A stretch of 64,000 nt of DNA from Octopus sinensis (Eukaryota): NCBI RefSeq assembly GCF_006345805.1, contig NC_043022.1:25358001-25422000 (forward strand), in the 5' to 3' direction. Each line of letters opens with the position of its first letter. Position 1 is the first letter of the stretch. The notes beneath the pieces are model-generated. The model was not told where the DNA came from, did no database searches, and worked only from the letters and a program-made list of their open reading frames with translations. The translations under genes were made by a program, and so were the position numbers. Of the stretch, positions 27,454 to 37,930 are shown in pieces.

Positions 27454-28404
27454 AGCATATATGTATGCATATACATATGTATACAGATATATATAAATAC
27501 ATATCTACATATATATCGATATATACATACACAAAATACATATATATATACACACGTATGTGTGTGTGTATGTATGTATGTATGTATGTATGTATGTATG
27601 TATGCAAAGAGAGCCATTTTTGCTTAAGTTTCCGACATGAAATTTGATTTAGCTCCTATAAATTTAATAGTCAAGCGAAGCCCCACATTTAATAATGTAA
27701 CATTTGTCGTTCAGATTGGATTATTGTCCTGACATATTTCCATATATTGAAAGAAAGAAAGAAAGAAAGAAAGAAAGAAGAAAGAAAGAAAGAAACGAAA
27801 GGAATCGCACACAGTGAAGAAATAGAAATGAGAAAGAGGGAGAGGGGGAGTCAAAGAGAAGAAAGAGCGAACGAAAGGAAATAAATGTTTGAGAAAGAGG
27901 GAAGATAAAGAAAGGAATGAGAGAGAGAGAAAAGAAGTCAAGAATTGTGAAAGAAAGGAAAAATAGAAGCCAGTAAGATGGAAGAAAAAAAATGTCTAAA
28001 TATTTGAAATCAGCCACGTGATGGGGTGTATGTATGGATGCTCAAGAAGGATTTCCAAGCAAATTATAGACGAGATGGGTATCCCGAATATTTCCTTGCT
28101 ATTTTTTTTATTAACCCTAGGCCAGAGCTGATCTGACAGACTTATGATACGAGGCATTCCAGTCGGGACCATCTCGCCTTTTATGTCTCTCTACTACTTC
28201 TGAAAACATTGTGTCGGGGTATTTTTCATAACTACAAAGTATCTTCTAGAGGGAGATTCGGTCGCTATTTCTAGCACATAAAGCGAACAACGTTGAGATA
28301 ACTTCATTGATGTGCCACTGGAAATGTGATTCTTGCTGCTGTTCTTGTTGTTTAGCCAATGGTTTGCCTTGATCGGGCAGAGCACGGCCAAAAGCGTTAT
28401 AGCC

Positions 28405-28835
28405 TATTACTTTACTACCCACAAGGGGCTAAACACAGAGGAAACAAACAAGGACAGACAAACGGATTAAGTCGATTGCATCGACCCCAGTGCGTAACTG
28501 GTACTTAATTTATCGACCTCGAAAGGATGAAAGGCAAAGTTGACCTCGGCGGAATTTGAACTCAGAACGTAGCAGCAGACGAAATACCGCAAAGCATTTC
28601 GCCCGGCGTGCTAACGTTTCTGCCAGCTCGCCGCCTTCTGTGTATACGTGTTTATATCGTGTGCGTGTCTGTGTTTATCCTCTCCCGCACTGCTTAACAA
28701 CCGGTGTTGGTTTGTTTACATCCTCATGCATTAGTAATTCGGTAAAAGACACTGACAGGATAAGTACCAGACTTAAAATGAATACTGAAGCCTTTAAGGT
28801 AGTGCCCTAACGTTTCTGCCAGCTCGCCGCCTTCA
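28405..28835 (-). mobile_element. Composite SINE B: full copy + ~170 bp captured flank + duplicated head
   Basis: Bounded by ttatagcc (28397-28404, 28836-28843); the inner segment resembles 3984-4150. Confidence 0.75.
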
Positions 28836-30171
28836 TTATAGCCATGACCATCATGTCTTTTTAGGGAAAAATATGAAAACCATTATCCAAAGTGTCCTTC
28901 CTGTATTTTTTCCTCAGGACTATAAGATTTTCAAGCAGACAAGTCGAGCCAGTAACGGGTGCGCTCTGTTACCACGTGGGTATATGGTGTAGCAGTTTGC
29001 TACACGTTATTACTCATCTTAGATCATCAAATATTTCGGCCATCACTAATTTGTCTATGGCTGTTATTTCTAGATGTCAGAGCTACGTAGTTGTGACGGG
29101 GAGAGAACATTGATGGTGCTCGTGGTAGCGGCAGTGTTGGTGGTGGTGGTGGAAACGTTGATCGCGGTATAGGTGTTGATGGTATTGGTGATGTTATTGG
29201 TGATGTTATTGGTGATGTTATTGGTTGGATGGTTGTGATGGATGTGGCAGTGATAGTATATCTCGTTGCGGACAATCTGCGGCAAACAGGATGTCTCTAC
29301 CTGCGGGATTGTTGGGGACCGCTTGTGAAACCCACATATTCCCACGAAACTTCTTCCAAAGTAGAAGAAGCCTGCTCAACCCGCCCAGGGTGAATGTCGC
29401 CACAAGTACAAGTAAGTAACCTAGACCCAGAACAAAGACTAGAAATATCTTGGTATATATGTATCAGTAATAATATTGGTTCCCTACCAGGAGTAGCTGG
29501 AGCTACACATTAGAGACAAGGGTAAACATCTGGAGACGGGTTGGGCTCACAATTTGAAAAATAAAATCGTATTTCTCCAAAGATTATCATAGTGATGAAT
29601 TGCAACAAACAATAAATTCACGAAACATAAGAAAACGATTAAAAGGTTAATTAGGAAAGCAATAACTGAAATCATAAAAGACATTTATTAGCGACAGAGG
29701 CAGTATTAACACTTCTAGGTGTTAAGACTGCCTCGCTCGCTATTAAATATTTTCTTAACAAGAAAACTCTGTCGCTAAAAAATATCTCTCAACAAATACT
29801 CTGGCTAATCGCGACAACAGCGCCTGTTCTGGCAATCTTAGTCTATATATCACTCGGGGAGATAAGTTGCTGCTATCTCTAGCGGTCGAGCATCCATCCT
29901 TGACAAGACCAAGGAAAGTCAAAATCACGTGATCTGATGGTCTTGGCACTGGAGATGGTGAGGATTTGTCTCCCCTCTAGGGTATAAACGAGAGTACATT
30001 TTGTACCAAAAGCCAATATAAGAGTTTCTCTCATGCTAGCTATCACATTTCTTTCTAACAGAGCATCCTCATTGAAGTTGGGATAAAGAAAATTTTAAGT
30101 TCATCTTGAGTTCATCTGGTAAAACAAAAAATAACAGATACACCTACTTATTGCTTTCTCGACTGCACCAA

Positions 30172-30830
30172 ATCATTACTTGTGATGAGAAATGGATACT
30201 CTTTGACAACAGCAGGAGAACAGGACGGTGATTAGATGCAGAAGAGTCACCTAAACACTGCCAAAACACACCATTGCACCCTAAAAAGTTAGTGGTCACT
30301 GTATGATGGTCTACGAAGGGAGTTATTGATTATTCATTTTTGCAACAAGGAAAAACAGTAACAGCAACATCGTATTGCCAGGAAATTGATTGTATTCATG
30401 AGAATTTGAAAAAGAAACAACCCAGACGAGCGAACAGACATGGCCCAATTTTGCTCCACGCCAATGAACGACCTCACACTCCTCAAGCTAAGGTTCAAAG
30501 GTTGCAAAGCCTGAATTAGGAGATTTTGCAACATCCGCCCTATTCCCCTGAAATCTCTCCTACTGATCATTACTTATTTAAGTATTTTGAGCTTTTCATA
30601 AGCAATAAAACATTCTTAAATAGAGAAGAGGTAACTGAAGCATTCGGACAGTTTATCACAGCAAAAGATGAACTTTTTAAAAAAAAAGATAGAATATATA
30701 TGACAGAGAAACGTCGGGTAAATGTTATAAATGAACATGGATCATGCTTTGATTAAAGAAATCAATTCTCTAACACTTCTGAAACATTTTATTGTTACCT
30801 TTCAAATATGACATTTCATGGGGAAACGAC

Positions 30831-30836
<6 letters not shown>
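30172..30836 (+). pseudogene. Mariner transposase pseudogene (DD34D domain) with right TIR; a second mariner family
   Basis: IITCDEKWILFDN...LHPKKLVVTV*W...PILLHANERPH...HPPYSPEISPTDHYLF with in-frame stops; ends ggaaacgacctaata into (TA)n. Confidence 0.9.
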
Positions 30837-30892
<56 letters not shown>

Positions 30893-30904
30893 TACATACA
30901 TACA

Positions 30905-30935
<31 letters not shown>

Positions 30936-31014
30936 CGAGATATATCTACACATTTACGAAAATGTATATACACAAATGTATACTGTGCCTAATATATATA
31001 TACTTTTGTTTTAC

Positions 31015-31215
31015 CTGATTTAGTCATTAGACTGCAGCCATGCTGGGGCAGCACCTTAAATTTTTAGTCGAATGAATGGACTCCGTACTTACTTTTAAGC
31101 CTAGTACTTATTGTATAGGTATCTTTTGCCAAACTGCCAAGTTAAGGCAACGTAAATACACCAACACCGGTTGTCAATAAGTGATGGGTGAGGACAAACA
31201 CACACACGCACATTA

Positions 31216-31255
<40 letters not shown>

Positions 31256-32395
31256 TAAACAGTAAAAATAATTACAGACATGGACAAGAACATGAAACAC
31301 CACAGAGACGACACAAGAACCACAGGACGGGACATTCGAAGCCCTCAGTCATCAGTCAAGAACCAGATCATCTTAGCAATTTCGGCTGATTAATCTTGAG
31401 ATTGCTCCGATATGGCCAGCCAGCCAAGGGAAATCTAAGCCAAGCGCATTAGATCCCCTGGAAGAAAGCTTCGAATGTATACAACGCGAGGACGAAAACG
31501 AACGAAGTACATAAACAAAAATACAGAATACGTGACACCAATAAGAATACAAAAACGTAAAAACAATAACGGTAAAAATAAAAAATAAAAAATAAAAAAT
31601 AAACAACAAAACAAAACCAGGACGTGGGACAAGGGTCTTTCGACAGGACGAGTTGAGTATGGGGCTGGCTTGTGAAGTTGTGCCTAATGGCCACGGGGAG
31701 ACGAACAAATACGTGTTGCTTCTGCGGCTGCTGAAAACGAAAAGAGCGCTCAACGGCGGCTAGCTGTCACGTGAGAACAGAAGACAGGAGAAAGGGACAG
31801 ATGAAAAGAGAGAGAAGGTGGACGAGGGAGGAGAAGAAAGAGACAGATCGAGGGGGCTGGAGGTGAGAGAGATAGAGAAACGTAGAAGGGGGGGGGACGG
31901 ATGGAGAGGGAAAGAAAGGAAGGGGAATAAGGGAGGAGAGAGAGAGAGAAAAAGAGACAGATTAAGAGTCGTATCAATGCTAGAGAAAAAATATACTTAT
32001 CGTATAAGGTCAATTGTGGATACGTAGCCGCCGATTATATAGGTAAACAGTAAAAATAATTACAGACATGGACAATAACATGAAACACCACAGAGACGAC
32101 ACAAGAACCACAGGACGGGGCATTCGAAGCCCTCAGTCATCAGTCAAGAACCAGATCATCTTAGCAATTTCGGCTGATTAATCTTGAGATTGCTCCGATA
32201 TGGCCAGCCAGCCAAGAGAAATCTAAGCCATACGACGGGTTTCAGTTTCCGTCTACCAAATCAACTCACAAATCTTTGGTTTACCCGAGGCTATAGTATA
32301 AAAAACTTGCCCAAGATGTCATGCAGTGGGACTCAACCCGGAACCACGTAGCTAGGAAACAGGCTTCTTACCATGCAGTCACTCCTGCGCCTATT
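31015..32395 (-). mobile_element. SINE family A split by an insertion in its TA tract
   Basis: Tail at 31015-31250, head at 32231-32395. Confidence 0.75.
31251..32230 (-). mobile_element. LTR-like miniature element: two ~192-bp direct repeats, 788-bp period, non-coding interior
   Basis: 31251-31442 and 32039-32230 differ at 3 positions by eye. Confidence 0.85.
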
Positions 32396-32678
32396 ATGTG
32401 TGTGTGAGAGAGAGAGTTTGTATGTGTGCGTGTATATATATATATATATACATAATTAATCAATATAGGGTGGCAAAAAATTTTGTAGAATTTTTTTGCC
32501 ACCAGCGGCCTAGTGGGAAAAAATTAAATAGTCATAGACCATTTATAAGTTCAACATCACAATCAAGGAACGGCCATAATAGGCCCTTCACCCACTAGAA
32601 ATAACAGCCAAAGCTTCAACCGCAAAATAACATTAATTCCGCAAATCAGGAGAAAATTAAAAAAACATTTACCCTGTA

Positions 32679-32785
32679 ATTTCTTATACGATGCACCGTT
32701 TCATCTACTGTTTAATGGTAAACTAACCTGATTAAATTAAATCAAGCCAGTCTCCCATAGGCCCTTAGATTCGTCAGTAAGAAAT
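32679..32785 (-). ncRNA. Type I hammerhead ribozyme, copy 1
   Basis: AUUUCUUA-CUGACGA-AUCUA..UAGAU-GAAA-CGG-ugca-UCG-UA-UAAGAAAU; predicted cleavage between 32687 and 32686. Confidence 0.9.
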
Positions 32786-33162
32786 AGCCAGATCGGAACA
32801 GATATTTTCACGAGGCACTTCTGTCCCTGCCTCGGCAATATCTGACCTAAATTTTTCAAATCATCGCACTCGCGCCAAATTTATCGGCAGCAAATAATAT
32901 AAGCCGCCGATTCCATTACGGAATTAACCAGAAAATTCATATTAATCAATATAGGGTGGCAAAAAATTTTGTAGAATTTTTTTGCCACCAGCGGCCTAGT
33001 GGAAAAAATTAAATAGTCATAGACCATTTATAAGTTCAACATCACAATCAAGGAACGGCCATAATAGGCCCTTCACCCACTAGAAATAACAGCCAAAGCT
33101 TCAACCGCAAAATAACATTAATTCCGCAAATCAGGAGAAAATTAAAAAAACAGTTACCTGTA

Positions 33163-33267
33163 ATTTCTTATACGATGCACCGTTTCATCTACTGTTTAAT
33201 GGTAAACTAACTGATTAAATTAAATCAAGCCAGTCTCAATAGGCCCTTAGATTCGTCAGTAAGAAAT
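33163..33267 (-). ncRNA. Type I hammerhead ribozyme, copy 2
   Basis: Core intact; two 1-nt deletions, both in the distal stem II. Confidence 0.88.
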
Positions 33268-33644
33268 AGCCAGATCGGAACAGATATTTTCACGAGGCAC
33301 TTCTGTCCTGCCTCGGCAATATCTGACCTAAAATTTTCAAATCATCGCACTCGCGCCAAATTATCGGCAGCAAATAAATATAAGCCGCCGATTCCATTAC
33401 GGAATTAACCAGAAAATTCATAATTAATCAATATAGGGTGGCAAAAAATTTTGTAGAATATTTTTGCCACAGCGGCCTAGTGGGAAAAAATTAAATAGTC
33501 ATAGACCATTATAAGTTCAACATCACAATCAAGGAACGGCCATAATAGGCCCTTCACCCACTAGAAATAACAGCCAAAGCTTCAACCGCAAAATAACATT
33601 AATTCCGCAAATCAGGAGAAAATTAAAAAAACATTTACCCTGTA

Positions 33645-33751
33645 ATTTCTTATACGATGCACCGTTTCATCTACTGTTTAATGGTAAACTAACCTGATTA
33701 AATTAAATCAAGCCAGTCTCCCATAGGCCCTTAGATTCGTCAGTAAGAAAT
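33645..33751 (-). ncRNA. Type I hammerhead ribozyme, copy 3
   Basis: Core and stems intact. Confidence 0.9.
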
Positions 33752-34132
33752 AGCCAGATCGGAACAGATATTTTCACGAGGCACTTCTGTCCCTGCCTCG
33801 GCAATATCTGACCTAAAATTTTCAAATCATCGCACTCGCGCCAAATTTATCGGCAGCAAATAAATATAAGCCGCCGATTCCATTACGGAATTAACCAGAA
33901 AATTCATAATTAATCAATATAGGGTGGCAAAAAATTTTGTAGAATTTTTTTGCCACCAGCGGCCTAGTGGGAAAAAATTAAATAGTCATAGACCATTTAT
34001 AAGTTCAACATCACAATCAAGGAACGGCCATAATAGGCCCTTCACCCACTAGAAATAACAGCCAAAGCTTCAACCGCAAAATAACATTAATTCCACAAAT
34101 CAGGAGAAAATTAAAAAAACAGTTACCCTGTA

Positions 34133-34239
34133 ATTTCTTATACGATGCACCGTTTCATCTACTGTTTAATGGTAAACTAACCTGATTAAATTAAATCAAG
34201 CCAGTCTTCCATAGGCCCTTAGATTCGTCAGTAAGAAAT
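34133..34239 (-). ncRNA. Type I hammerhead ribozyme, copy 4
   Basis: Core and stems intact. Confidence 0.9.
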
Positions 34240-34618
34240 AGCCAGATCGGAACAGATATTTTCACGAGGCACTTCTGTCCCTGCCTCGGCAATATCTGAC
34301 CTAAAATTTTCAAATCATCGCACTCGCGCCAAATTTATCGGCAGCAAATAATATAAGCCGCCGATTCCATACGGAATTAACCAGAAAATTCATAATTAAT
34401 CAATATAGGGTGGCAAAAAATTTTGTAGAATATTTTTGCCACCAGCGGCCTAGTGGGAAAAAATTAAATAGTCATAGACCATTTATAAGTTCAACATCAC
34501 AATCAAGGAACGGCCATAATAGGCCCTTCACCCACTAGAAATAACAGCCAAAGCTTCAACCGCAAAATAACATTAATTCCGCAAATCAGGAGAAAATTAA
34601 AAAAACATTTACCCTGTA

Positions 34619-34707
34619 ATTTCTTATACGATGCACCGTTTCATCTACTGTTTAATGGTAAACTAACCTGATTAAATTAAATCAAGCCAGTCTTCCATAG
34701 GCCCTTA
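34619..34707 (-). ncRNA. Truncated hammerhead (lacks CUGACGA and the 5' strand of stem I)
   Basis: Cut by the inversion junction at the base of stem II. Confidence 0.8.
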
Positions 34708-35086
34708 CAGGGTAAATGTTTTTTTAATTTTCTCCTGATTTGCGGAATTAATGTTATTTTGCGGTTGAAGCTTTGGCTGTTATTTCTAGTGGGTGAAGGG
34801 CCTATTATGGCCGTTCCTTGATTGTGATGTTGAACTTATAAATGGTCTATGACTATTTAATTTTTTCCCACTAGGCCGCTGGTGGCAAAAAAATTCTACA
34901 AAATTTTTTGCCACCCTATATTGATTAATTATGAATTTTCTGGTTAATTCCGTAATGGAATCGGCGGCTTATATTTATTTGCTGCCGATAAATTTGGCGC
35001 GAGTGCGATGATTTGAAAATTTTAGGTCAGATATTGCCGAGGCAGGGACAGAAGTGCCTCGTGAAAATATCTGTTCCGATCTGGCT

Positions 35087-35193
35087 ATTTCTTACTGACG
35101 AATCTAAGGGCCTATTGAAGACTGGCTTGATTTAATTTAATCAGGTTAGTTTACCATTAAACAGTAGATGAAACGGTGCATCGTATAAGAAAT
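35087..35193 (+). ncRNA. Type I hammerhead ribozyme, inverted-arm copy
   Basis: Stem I 35087-35094/35186-35193; CUGACGA 35095-35101; stem II 35102-35106/35165-35169; GAAA 35170-35173; cleavage after A35185. Confidence 0.9.
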
Positions 35194-35328
35194 TACAGGG
35201 TAAATGTTTTTTTAATTTTCTCCTGATTTGCGGAATTAATGTTATTTTGCGGTTGAAGCTTTGGCTGTTATTTCTAGTGGGTGAAGGGCCTATTATGGCC
35301 GTTCCTTGTATATATATATACATATATA

Positions 35329-35590
35329 CAGGTGTAGCTGTGTGGTAGGAAGCTTGTTTCCCAACAACATGGCGCCAGGTTCCGTCTCACTGCGCGGCAC
35401 CTTGGGCAAGTGTCTTCTACTATAGCTTCGGGCCGACTCCCTGAGTGGATTTGGTAGACGGAAACCGAAAGAAGAGAACGATTGAATAAGTACTAGATTT
35501 ACAAAGAATAAGTTTTGGGGTCGATTCGTACGACTAAAGGCGGAGCTCCAGCATGGCCGCAGTCAAATGACTGAAACAAATAAAAGAATA
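35329..35590 (+). mobile_element. SINE family A with central deletion
   Basis: Head is joined to tail at aaagaagag. Confidence 0.8.
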
Positions 35591-36862
35591 TGTGTGCATG
35601 TTTGTGTGTGTATTTCTATATATTATTAGTTATTAGATTTTTGTAGTTTGATTAGCACTCTGGTTTTTATAATTTTTCCGCTTTTAAAACTTTGCTTTTT
35701 TTTTTCAAATTCCAGGATTCTTCCCCAAAGTCCACAGTCAAATGCCGGATATTATCGATGTCACAGATACAAGAAGGCTTTTATCAAAACAACTTAAACC
35801 AGCTAAAACTGATGTGAAACCAAAAAAAGCGAAAAAAAATTTATATTTAAACAAAATTTACGATGATAATGATGGCTGGAATATAATTTTCGAAACGTTT
35901 GATGGAGGATTAAAAATCTAATTTCTCCCCAACTTTAAAGTTAAATTTTAGATCTCCATCATTACTCTTAGTATTTTGGTTGTTGTTAGTGTTGTCATTA
36001 TGTTCTTGTTGTTATTACTGTTGTTGTTGCTGCTGATGATGATGATGATATTATTACGGTGTTATTATTCTGCGAATATTATTATTTTTTCTGTTATCCT
36101 TATTTATTTTTGAATCGTTTGTTGTTGTTTGTGTGTTTTGTTTATATATTTCTCAGTTTTCTTGTAATATATCCCCATACATATCCCAACTCGTTATGGC
36201 CTCAAGAATTTATTTCGCACTTTTTTTTAAATTTTAAAGCTATTTCTTGGATGCTGGAAGGAGTATTTTTGGTCAATTTTACGGGTGGGGAGCCAGAGAG
36301 ATTTTGATTTTTCTCATTTTTGCGGCTTTAATTTTATGCATGTTTGTGTTATACTTTTCTTACCATTTAATTTTTTTTTTTGTGTGTGTATCTTTTTATT
36401 TCAAAAACTTATTTTTAAAGGGGGCGGGATGCAGGGAAGTCCTAGTTCTTTCTTTTCTATATGAATAGATGATGAATAGATTAACATTTTTTCCCCCCTT
36501 ATTTTTCGTTTTAAAGAAAATTTTTCCAACCTTCGAAATGCGCCAACCTCGACTATCCACCTCACCACTCTTCTTTCTCCTTCATCCATAAATGTCTCCC
36601 ATATTGTTTTTAATTTATTATTGTTTAGGAATTTATATTTATTTCTTATATTTTTTTATTCTCACATATATTTAATTAAACAACTTAAAACAGCACAATT
36701 TTCTTAAAATGCAAAAATGCAAGCGACAAACCAATAAAACGAAAAAACGTCACATAAAGATCTGAATATCTATTCATAATGTCTCTTATACATTTATTCA
36801 AATATTTATTTCTTACGTTATCAACGTTATTATGAAATCATATTGTATACAGACACACACAC

Positions 36863-36917
<55 letters not shown>

Positions 36918-37549
36918 GTACACGTAAACGCATTCTTTCTTTGTTCTACAGTAAGTGTCCCTTTACGGAGAAAATAAAACAGGAAAAAATAATCATTTAG
37001 AACATAACTAAAACTCAAACAGTCTAAGTACAAAACACAAAATATGAAACGTAAACCCTCATTACATCATTTTTTCTATACGCAGTTATTAACCCATTTT
37101 TCAGTTGCAATTTTTTCCAAGTATTAGCCCAGGCTATATCAAGCTAAGAAAAATGAAAAGTTATGTAATAAACTTTATTCGTTGATTCACGTTTTTTGTT
37201 TAAAATTCTTTAGTATTTTATTTTTATTTTTTACCTTTATGTATTTTTAACGAAATTCTATTTGCCTTTTTACAAAATTTTTACTTGAGAAAACATGCAA
37301 AATAAGCAAAAAATAGAAATTTTTAAACATCTGATTTTCTTTACGTAATAACGAATATATTTATGCAAAGAGGTGTATAGAAACCGCTTGGTATTCCATT
37401 TAGCTGAAACGGCAAAGAAATTTTCCTCGAGTCAGACGATACTATCTCTAAAAAGAAGGATTTCATATCTAACAACCAGGAGATTACCGACGAGGATGAA
37501 ATTGCTTCGTCGCCGTGAAGAATTGTCCCTTCTATTCTAACTATAAACA

Positions 37550-37641
37550 GATAGATAGAGAGGGGAGAGAGAGAGAGAGAGAGAGAGAGATAAATAGACA
37601 GGTATATATATAGAGAGAGATAGCTAGATAGATAGAGATAA

Positions 37642-37709
<68 letters not shown>

Positions 37710-37810
37710 ATAGAGATATATAAATAGATAGATAGACAGAGAGGGAGATAAAATAGATAGATAGATAGACAGAGAGAGAGAGAGATAAATAGACAGGTAT
37801 ATATATAGAG

Positions 37811-37879
<69 letters not shown>

Positions 37880-37930
37880 TGTTTCTTTATTAGCCACACA
37901 GGGCTGCACACAGACAGGACAAAATTACAA
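37550..37930 (-). mobile_element. Retroposon 3' end with long (TATC)n compound tail
   Basis: ctgtgtgcagccctgtgtggctaataaagaaa on the minus strand, as at 14955-15000. Confidence 0.6.

Larger units (their letters stand above)
32451..35308. repeat. Hammerhead-ribozyme tandem array (retrozyme-like): ~4.6 units of ~486 bp plus a ~604-bp inverted arm
   Basis: tagggtggc marker at 32466, 32952, 33434, 33920 and 34406; orientation flips at 34705-34707. Confidence 0.95.

Noticed and set aside
29225-29419. 64-aa ORF ending near a GTAAGT donor-like site
   Set aside because: No convincing acceptor with an open frame and no recognisable protein.
29460-29998. Solo LTR (TG...CA on the minus strand)
   Set aside because: No TSD and no second copy in the window; mentioned only as an alternative for the hairpin.
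31325-31400. Canonical hammerhead in the LTR-like element (CUGAUGA ... GAAU GUC, or upstream CCGAAA)
   Set aside because: Neither type I nor type II topology gives valid stems I and II; kept only as a hint.
32466-32515. Array unit as a Helitron 3' end (hairpin followed by CTAGT)
   Set aside because: Array ends do not coincide with TC or CTAG termini; the complete hammerhead topology on the other strand explains the unit better.
32563-32585. 5S rDNA interpretation of the array (acggccata)
   Set aside because: Only a 9-nt match to the 5S start; no A/C boxes or rest of the gene.
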